From Acaryochloris marina MBIC11017 (GTDB taxonomy: Bacteria; Cyanobacteriota; Cyanobacteriia; Thermosynechococcales; Thermosynechococcaceae): 32,000 nucleotides of DNA. Positions 1 through 9,600 of this stretch are shown here, piece by piece. The notes under the pieces were generated by a model, which worked only from the letters and a program-made list of their open reading frames with translations, made no database searches and was not told the origin of the DNA. Each line of letters starts with the position of its first letter. The first letter of the stretch is position 1. The translations under genes were made by a program, and so were the position numbers. The stretch is from contig NC_009925.1 in assembly GCF_000018105.1 (NCBI RefSeq), forward strand, positions 5,160,001 through 5,192,000. The letters run 5' to 3'.

Positions 1-650
1 CAAAATCTCAAGCATCCTAGCATTATTCAGATGCTCAGCTTGGAATGTTTTGACAGCACTTATGCCTTGATTATGGAGGATATGCAAGGAGTTTCTTTGG
101 TGAAATTCCTTGAGTCGAAGATTTCCATTGCCGATGGATTACGCATTGCTCTGCAGTTAGCAGATGCCCTCCATTATTTATGTCAGCAACGGGTGATTCA
201 CAAGGATATTAAGCCTGCAAATATTATTATTCACCCCGAAAGTAAGCAGGTTAAGCTAACGGATTTTGGCTTGGCTTCCTTGTTACCGAAGGAAATGCAA
301 GGGATTAAAAGTCTCAACGCCCTAGAAGGAACCTTGGCTTATCTGGCCCCTGAACAGACGGGGCGTATGAATCGAGGGGTGGATTATCGAGCCGATTTCT
401 ATGGCCTAGGCGTCACCCTATATGAGGTGCTGACGGGGCAGCTACCGTTTCCTTCTACAGACGTGATGGAACTGGTACATTGCCATATTGCTAAAGCCCC
501 AACACCGCTCCATGAGATTAATCCTCAGGTTCCCGTTCAGGTTTCAGATATCGTCCTCAAGCTATTGGCGAAAAATGCCGAAGATCGCTACCAAAGTGCG
601 TTGGGCTTAAAGCATGACTTGGCTATTTGTCTGAGTCAGTTGAATGAACG
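1..650 (+). other. Domain: eukaryotic-like Ser/Thr protein kinase catalytic domain (N-terminal lobe missing from window)
   Basis: Hanks subdomains VIb (HKDIKPANIII), VII (DFG), VIII (LAYLAPE) and IX (DFYGLGVTLYE). Confidence 0.85.
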
Positions 651-3600
651 AGGAGTCGTTGAACCGTTTGAGCTGGGGGTGCGAGACGTGTGCGATCGCA
701 TCTTGATACCCGAAAAACTCTATGGCCGTGAAGCCGAAGTTCAAACCTTGCTGGATGCCTTTGAGCGAGTGACTCAGGGGCCTTCAGAACTCCTGTTGGT
801 TGCTGGTTCCTCGGGAATTGGTAAAACGGCGGTTATCAGCGAAGTTCACAAACCCATTACTTGCCAAAATGGTTACTTTATTCAGGGCAAGTTTGATCAG
901 TTTAATCGTAATATTCCTTTCTCTGTTTTTGGGCAAGCGTTTCAAAGTTTGATTGACCAGCTACTGGGTGAATCGGATACGGTTTTGGCAGATTGGAAAG
1001 CCAAAATTTTAGGAGTTTTAGGAGAGAACGCTCAGGTTTTGATCGACGTCATCCCTAACTTAGGACAAATCATAGGAGCACAACCTGCGGTGCCTGAACT
1101 CTCAGGTTTGGCTGCGCAGAATCGTTTTAATTTACTGCTTGGCAAATTTATTCAACTTTTTGCCAGGGCAGAGCATCCCCTGGTGATTTTCTTGGATGAT
1201 TTGCAGTGGGCTGATTCTGCCTCTTTGAGCTTGCTAACACTGTTGTTTGATGAATCCGAGTCAAGCCATCTGCTGGTGCTGGGAGCATATCGGGAAAACG
1301 AAGTGTTTCCAGCCCATCCCCTCATGCTGACGGTGCAGGGGCTACAAGAACGAGGGAATGTCCTGGATACATTACCCCTGGTACCTTTGGCCGAATCTGA
1401 TGTCAATCAGCTTGTGGCAGATACGTTGTTATGTGGGGCCAATACTGCTACGCCGCTATCCCAGCTGATATATCAAAAAACTGGCGGAAATCCGTTTTTC
1501 ACGATTCAATTTTTAATTGAGCTATACGATCAGCACTGTATTTCTTTTGATAGCGATGCGGGCCATTGGCTTTGTGACATTACCAAGGTTCAACAGCTGG
1601 CCCTAACAGATGATGTTGTGGACTTCTTGATCGAAAGATTAAAGCAGTTACCCGATACAACCCAAAAAATACTCAATCTTGCTGCTTGTTTGGGGGATTC
1701 ATTTGATTTATCTACCTTAGCGATTATTACTCAGCAAACCCAAACAAGCCTGGCCGATAGTCTGTGGCCGAGCTTGCAAATGGGGTTAGTCATCCCGACA
1801 AATAATACGTACAAATTCTTTCAAGGCACGTTGCAGAATCAGTCCTCGTCAACGGTTTGTGTTGCCTATGAATTTCTGCATGATCGTGTTCAACAAGCAG
1901 CTTACGAGTTGGCCTGTAACGAGCAGGATGCCCAATCCCTCAGACTTGAGATTGCCCGCAAACTCTTGCAAAAGCATTGCTTTGAAGCGGACCAACGGCG
2001 GCTGTTTCTGATTGTTGAGAACTATAACTGTGGTTCATCCGTTCTTACAACCCCTGAGGAGCAAAAGCTCCTTTTCTCGCTGAATCTCCAGGCCGGTCAA
2101 CAAGCGCTGTCTACCCTTGCCTATGACGCTGCAAGCCTATATTTCACTAAAGCGAGGGCTCTTTATGATGACTACGGCATCACGAATAGCGACTTAAAGT
2201 TCCAGCTGTATAGAGCCTCGATTGAGGCTGAATACCTCAATAGTCGGTGGGACAAAGCGACAGAGCTATTAGAGACGCTTACTTTATCTCAGCTCAGTGA
2301 GCATCAACAGCTTCAGATCTCGGCGCTCACGATTCGGGTATGGGTTGCTCAACAGCGGTTTGGGGAAGCACTGGATAGAGGCGTGTCTGTCCTAGCCAGT
2401 CAAGGCTTACACCTCGTTAGCCCAACCGAGAATGATCGCATTAAAGCCCAGCTGCTCACGATTCAACTTGAGAAGATTCCATTGATGGATCGTGACATCA
2501 CCCTGAAGATGGGACTTTTGCTGGAGATGTGCAGCTCTGCTATCTTCACCAATCCCCCCCTATTCTTCCAAATTATCCTGACATTGGTGGATCTCTCCCA
2601 GCAATTTGGTTATTCGGAGCAGTCGGCTTTTGGGTTTGCGAATTACGGCATGCTATTAGGCAATATGGAGGATTATGCGGCGGCCTATCAAGCTGGTCAA
2701 GTCTCTCAAGTATTGCTGAAGTACTTTAATAGCAAGCTTTTTCGCACCAAGGTTGATATGGTTCACTTTTCCTATGTGGCGTCCATTCAAACCCCTTTAC
2801 GAGACTGTTTGCAGCCTCTGATCGAAGGCTATCAAAACGGTTTAGATATTGGTGACTTAGAATTTGCAGGATATTGTGCCAATAACTATTGCACATATCT
2901 TTGGATGAGTGGCAAACCTCTTGATGAGATCCTAGACCTTCAAAAAAACTACGTTAATTGGCTCCAATCCAAAAAACTGTATTTTTCCTGGGCCTATGTC
3001 CAGTTTTGGCATCTGTTGTCTCTTAATCTCTCAGGACACTCCAGTATCGTCACGGAGTTTAAGTCTGAAGACTTTGATGAATCTGTGGTCATTGCTCAAC
3101 TGGAAGCTGTCCAGGCAGGGACAGGACTATATGCCTATTATCTAGCGAAAGGTATTTTGTTTGTCTATTTAAGCTTATGGAAAAAAGCTGATAGCGCTTT
3201 TCAGAAAGCTGCGAACTATCAATCATCTATTGCTGGCTATCAGGCAAAGTTGCTGCCCTTTTATCAGGCAATAACCGCTGCCAATCTCGATTCTGAGTCT
3301 ACTTACATTTGCATAAACACAGCCAAGAACTTTTTGGCTGTGTTAGCCCAGTGTGCTCCCGAAAACTTTCAGCATAAATATCAACTGGTGTTGGCTGAGC
3401 AACATCGTTTGGCGCAGAATTATGCTGAGGCTATTACCTGCTATGAAGCGGCGATTCAGGGGGCGAAAGAGAATCAATACCTCCAGGACGAAGCGCTTGC
3501 CAATGAGCTAGCGGCTAAATTTTTTCTCAACTGGGGCAAAGACAAGATTGCTGCTGGTTTTATGCAGGAAGCATACTATTGCTATGCTCGTTGGGGAGCC

Positions 3601-6600
3601 AAAGCCAAAACGGATGCGCTTGAACAGCACAATCCTGATTTGCTACAACCGATTCTTCAACCCAGTCTTCAGCCTATTAATACTTTGGACTCCATAGCGG
3701 GTCTTGCTGGGATTAACCTTTCGATTCATTCTTCTGCTTCTGTTCATTCCAACTCCCGTATTAATACAGCTTTTGACTTAACTGCCCTTCTCAAAAGTAG
3801 TCAAGCGCTTTCTGAAGGTCTAAATCTGGATGAACTGCTAAAGCGACTGGCACCAATCATGCTACAAAACTCTGGTGCAGATCGACTAGCACTTTTGCTG
3901 CCTGAACCAGAGGGGAGCTGGCTGATTCGTGCCACTGCTACCCCTGAAAATACCGATTTATCTTCTATCCCTTTTGCCAATGCTTCCGATTTACCGGCTC
4001 AACTGATTCAATATGTCAAAAATACCCACGAAGCGCTGGCCGTTGATGATCTAAGGACTGACTTGCCGATCATAGACGATTATCTTCAGATTTATCAGCC
4101 TCGGAGTGTTCTGTGCTTACCGATTCTGCATCAAGGTCACCTCAACGGTTTGCTTTATTTGCAAAATCAATCTGCGGCGGGAGTATTTACGCACGATCGC
4201 ATCACTGTTCTTAATTTTCTCTGTACTCAAGCTGCGATCGCATTAGCTAATGCCCGGCTATTTCAGACGCTAGAACAACATGTGGATGAGCGAACGAAAG
4301 CACTCCAGAAAAATAAACATATCTTGGAAAACCTCCTGTTCAGCACTGGATCAGTGACGGGAGAAGCCGTGTTTCCCACGCTGGCAGAGCAAATGGCGAA
4401 CGCCCTGCAATGTGCCCACGTGTTGATCTCCCAAATCAATGGAGAAACCTTAGAAACCTTAGCTTGGTATACCAATAACCAGTTACAGGCCAAACTGACC
4501 TATCCAAGGGCCCATACCCCTTGTGAAACATCAATTCAGCAGGGCAATTATCACTGTCCTTGTGGGGTACAGGAAGCCTTTCCCCTTGACCCTGATTTAG
4601 TCGAGATGGGGGTCGATAGTTATCTGGGTACTGCCTTGAAAGATCGCTCAGGGCAAGTGATTGGGGTGATTTGCATATTAGACTATGAGACCATTGAGAA
4701 TATAGAATTTGCCCGCATGGTGCTGCAAGTTTTTGGAGAGCGCGCAGCAGCAGAGCTAGAGCGTCAGCAAGCGCAAGAGGCTTTAGAACAGCTTAACCAG
4801 GAATTGGAAGCCCGAGTTCGAGATCGCACCGCCCAATTAGCTGCATCAGAACAGCGTTTGCAAACCTTATTTAATCAAGCTGCCGATGCGGTTCTATTAC
4901 TCGGTGAAGAAGGGTTTATCGATTGTAACCAGGCAGCGATTGATCTGTTCAGATATACCCAAAAATCTGAAATAGTAACGCTACAGCCTTACCAAATTTC
5001 ACCGGAGAGGCAGGCCGATGGTCAACTCTCAGTGGATAAGACTGCAGCCATCATGGAAGAAACCTTACAAAAGGGCAGCTCCCAATTTGAGTGGCTCCAT
5101 CAACGTGCCGACGGAGAAACCTTTTGGGCAGAAGTTTCCCTTACACCGATTCAATATCAGGGGGAACTGATCGTCCATAGCATTATTCGAGATATTAGCG
5201 ATCGCAAGGCCGCTGAAATCTCTTTGCGAGAAAGTGAGGCGAAATACCGTAACCTGCTCTCTAATCTTGACGGTGCGGTCTACCGCAGTCAGTATGATGC
5301 CGATTGGACCCTAGAGTTTGTCAGCGATGCCATTGCCGACTTATCTGGTTATCCCGCGGCTGACTTTATTGATAACCGACATCGTAGCTATGCCAGCATT
5401 ATTCACCCTGATGATGTTGAACGGGTGGATCGGATTGCAGCCAAAGCCGTTGCTGCTCGTCAATCGTTCTCGATGGAGTATCGCATCCTTCATCGAGATG
5501 GTTCGATCCGCTGGGTCACTGAAAAGGGAAAAGGCATTTTTAATGAATCAAATCAATTCCTATATTTTGAAGGAGTGATTTTTGACATTAGTGATCGCAA
5601 ACAAATGGAGACAGCCCTCCATTTGAGTGAAGCCCGTGCCAAAGCTACGTTTGAACAAGCAGCCGTGGGATTTTTAGAAGTTGATATTAGCACCCAGCAA
5701 TGTGTCCGCGTGAACGACCATTTTTGTCAGCTCATCGGTTATTCCCGCGCTGAACTTCTGGGGATGTCGGTGATTGAGTTTACTCATCCTGACGATATCC
5801 ATGAGTCTAAAGCAATGCTCCAACAGCTTTATGCCCAGGAGATTGAGGATTTCACTTTGGAAAAACGCTATCTGCGCAAAGATAGCACCTATTTTTGGTC
5901 TGAAACAACGGTCTTTTTGGTGGATTTGCAAGATGGTGAAGCCGTTTATAGTGTTGGCTTAGTGCAGGACATTAGCGAGAAAAAGCGGTTAGAAGCTGAG
6001 CACGAGCAGGCGGAGGCCAATTCTCGCTTATTGGCCTCCGTCGTTGAATCTACGGATGATGCCATTATTACCAAGACCCTTGATGGCACCATCACTAGTT
6101 GGAACCAATCTGCAACTAACCTATTTGGCTATACCGAGGCTGAAGCAATGGGCCAGCCTATTCTGATGCTTTTTCCTCCAGATCGGTATAAGGAGGAGGT
6201 CGAGATTATTGCTCGTCTTAAGAATAAGGAGTGTATTGAGCACTTTGAAACGATTCGGCTTCACAAAACGGGGCATCCCATTGATATCTCTGTAACTATT
6301 TCTCCTTTAATTGACAGTCAAGGTGAAGTGATCGGTGCCTCTAAAATTGTGCGAGATATTCGCGAACGCAAAGCAAGAGAACAGGAGCTTATTCTCACAA
6401 AGTTTGCCCTTGAAAATACAGAGATTGGAATTTTTTGGATCAACTCAGATGGCCAGTTTATTAGTGTCAATGAGTCCGCCTGTATTCGCTTAGGCTATGA
6501 TCCAGATGAGCTGTGTAATCTTTACGTTTGGGATATTACGCCTGGTTTTTTTGCGGAAGATTGGTTAGAACACTGGACTGAAATCAGCAAAAAAGGCTAC

Positions 6601-9600
6601 TCAAGATTTGAGGTTTTTCATCAAGCAAAAGATAAAACGATTTTCCCTGTGGAAATCATGAGTAACTACATTGAGTATCAGGGGATTGGTTATTTATTTG
6701 CCCAAGTTCAAGATATTAGTGAACGAAAAGCAGCTGAAAAAGAGCGTATCCTCACTCAATTTGCATCTGAGAATACGGCGACTAGTATTTTTTGGATTAA
6801 CCGGACAGGTAGTCTGATCAATGTCAATCGTTCAGCCTGTGCAACCTTAGGCTATCCTCCGGATGAGCTGAAGCAGATGTTTATTTGGGATATCGACCCC
6901 CTTTTCCCAGCCGAGGTCTGGTCAAATTATTGGGAACAGCTCAGTCTCAATGGATACGAACGATTTGAATCCCTTTTCCAAGCGAAGGATGGCTCGACGT
7001 TCCCCGTAGAAATTATGGGTAACTATCTGGAATATGAAGGGGAGGGGTACATATTCGCAGAAGTGCAAGATATTAGCGATCGCAAAGCCGCTGAAAAAGT
7101 ATTGCAGTTTACTCAATATTCCGTTGATAACGCTGCTGACTGTATCTTTTGGATCAAACCCGATGGCGGTTTTGCCTATTCTAACCATGCGGCATCTCGG
7201 ATGCATGGGTATTCAATTGATGACCTCATGCTAATGTCCGTATTTGATGTGAATCCCACCATCTCTAAGGCGTTTTGGTCACCCCATTGGCAGACTATCA
7301 AAGAGCAGGGGAGTGTGAGCTTGGAGTCCCAACATCAGAATAGAGATGGACAATTGTTCCCAGTGGAAATCGTTGCCAATTACTTAGAGTTTGAAGGAGA
7401 AGAATATAACTTTGTTCGGGTGCGAGATATTAGCGCTCGTAAGGCGGCTGAACAGGAATTAATCCTCAAACAAAATCACCTAGAAGCGCTTCTCAATAAT
7501 ATTCCCCAGATGGCCTGGCTTAAAGATGCTGATAGCCAATTTATTGCTGTCAACGAGCCGTTTGCCCAGGCTTGTGGGTTGTCGGTTGGTGAAATCATTG
7601 GTCTGACGGATTGTGATATTTGGCCACAGGATATGGCCCAAAGCTATCGAGAGGATGATTTCAAAGTGATGGCTTCTGGGCATCGCAAAAGGGTTGAAGA
7701 ACCGTTTTCCCAAGCCGATGGAACGTTAGGCTGGCTAGAGACGACCAAAACGCCCTTTCAAGATGAGCAAGGGAGAATGGCAGGGACGGTTGGTATTGCT
7801 GCAGATATCACCGAACGCAAGGCTGCCGAACAAGAGCTTTATGAGTCCAAGCAGCTACTGAAGCTTGTCTTAGACACAATTCCCCAAAAAGTGTGTTGGA
7901 AAGATAGAAACTCCGTTTATTTGGGCTGTAACCAGGCCTTCACAGAGATGGCAGGTTTCACCTCATCTGATGAGATTGTGGGGCAAACTGACTATGAGTT
8001 GCCCTGGAAAACCGAAGAGGCTGAGTTCTTTATTGAATGCGACCAGCGCATTATGTCAACTGCAAAAGCAGAACTAGGGATTGTTGAACCAATTTTAACG
8101 GCAGATGGAAAGAATGCTTGGCTAAGTACAAATAAGGCACCCCTTAGAGATGTTCAAGGCAATGTCATGGGGATTTTGGCCATGATCGAAGATATAACTC
8201 CACTTAAGCAAGCAGAAGAGACGCTAAAAAACATTAATGAAGAACTTGAAGCCCGAGTTTCAGAGAGAACAGCTGCTCTAGAACAAACCAATCATGCATT
8301 AGCCGAGGCCAAAGAAATTGCGGATAGTGCGAATCAGGCCAAAAGTGAGTTTTTAGCGAATATGAGCCATGAGCTTAGGACGCCTCTGAATGGGATCCTG
8401 GGCTATGCCCAAATCCTCAACCGCTCGGACCAAATCTCGCCTAGAGATAAGCGGGGGCTTGAAGTGATTCACCAGTGTGGGTCGCATTTGTTAACCCTTA
8501 TTAACGACATCCTTGACTTATCCAAAATCGAAGCCCGCAAGTTAGAACTCAATCCCCATCCGACCGATTTACTGACATTGCTATCCTCAGTGGTGGATAT
8601 GTTCCACCTTAAAGCGACCCAGAAAGGCATTGAACTCCTGTTTCAACTGGATAATGATCTTCCCAAAGGGGTAGAGATAGACGAGAAGCGATTCCGGCAG
8701 GTGTTGATTAATTTGATGGGCAATGCCCTCAAGTTTACTGAAAAAGGTAGTGTGACCTTCCAGATATTGCAGCTTGAGGCTAATGCAGGTCAAGCAACCC
8801 TCAGATTCGCAATTATTGATACAGGGGTTGGTATTGCCACCGAACAATTGTCTCGACTCTTTAAGGCGTTTGAGCAGGTTGGCGATCCACGAAATCATAC
8901 CGAAGGTACCGGGTTAGGATTAGCGATTAGCCAACGGATTGTGCAACTCATGGGTGGAGACATACAAGTATCGAGCCAGCTGGGGGCAGGTAGTGAATTC
9001 TCCTTTTGTGTGACGGTTCCACTGGCCCAAGATGGGGCTATGACAGTGACTGAATCTCCTTCCCAGCCAGTCGTGGGCTATCTAGGAGATCGTCGCACCC
9101 TATTAGTGGTGGATGATCGCTGGGAAAATCGAGCCGTCATTGAAAACCTGCTAGCCCAGCTTGAGTTTGAAATTGTGGAAGCCACGAATGGAGAAGAGGG
9201 GTTGGAAAAACTTCAGGTTTGTCAACCCGATGCGGTGATTCTAGATTTAGCGATGCCGGTGATGGATGGCTTTGAATTTCTACAGCACCTGCGCCATGAC
9301 GCTGCTTTCACCTCTTTTAAAGGGATTCCAGTGATAGTTTCTTCGGCATCTGTTGGACCAACCGATCAGCAACTGGCGGTAGAGCAAGGGGGGGATACCT
9401 TCCTGACTAAACCGGTTGATGCCCAGGCATTGTTTCGAGTGTTAGCTGAGCAATTGAATTTGGCCTGGGTGTATGAGGATCAATCTGGAGAACTTGAAAC
9501 CCAGGTCATCTCTAAGTCTCAAATGGTGATGCCCGCATCACACATTCTGAAAACCTTGCTGACCTTTGCTCAGATGGATAATGTCGGTGATCTCAGGGAA

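Noticed and set aside
1152-8898. About ten short ORFs (60-103 aa, both strands) nested in the giant kinase gene
   Set aside because: All are embedded in an uninterrupted 9.7-kb frame with clear domain motifs. They have low-complexity or odd composition and nothing supports them independently.
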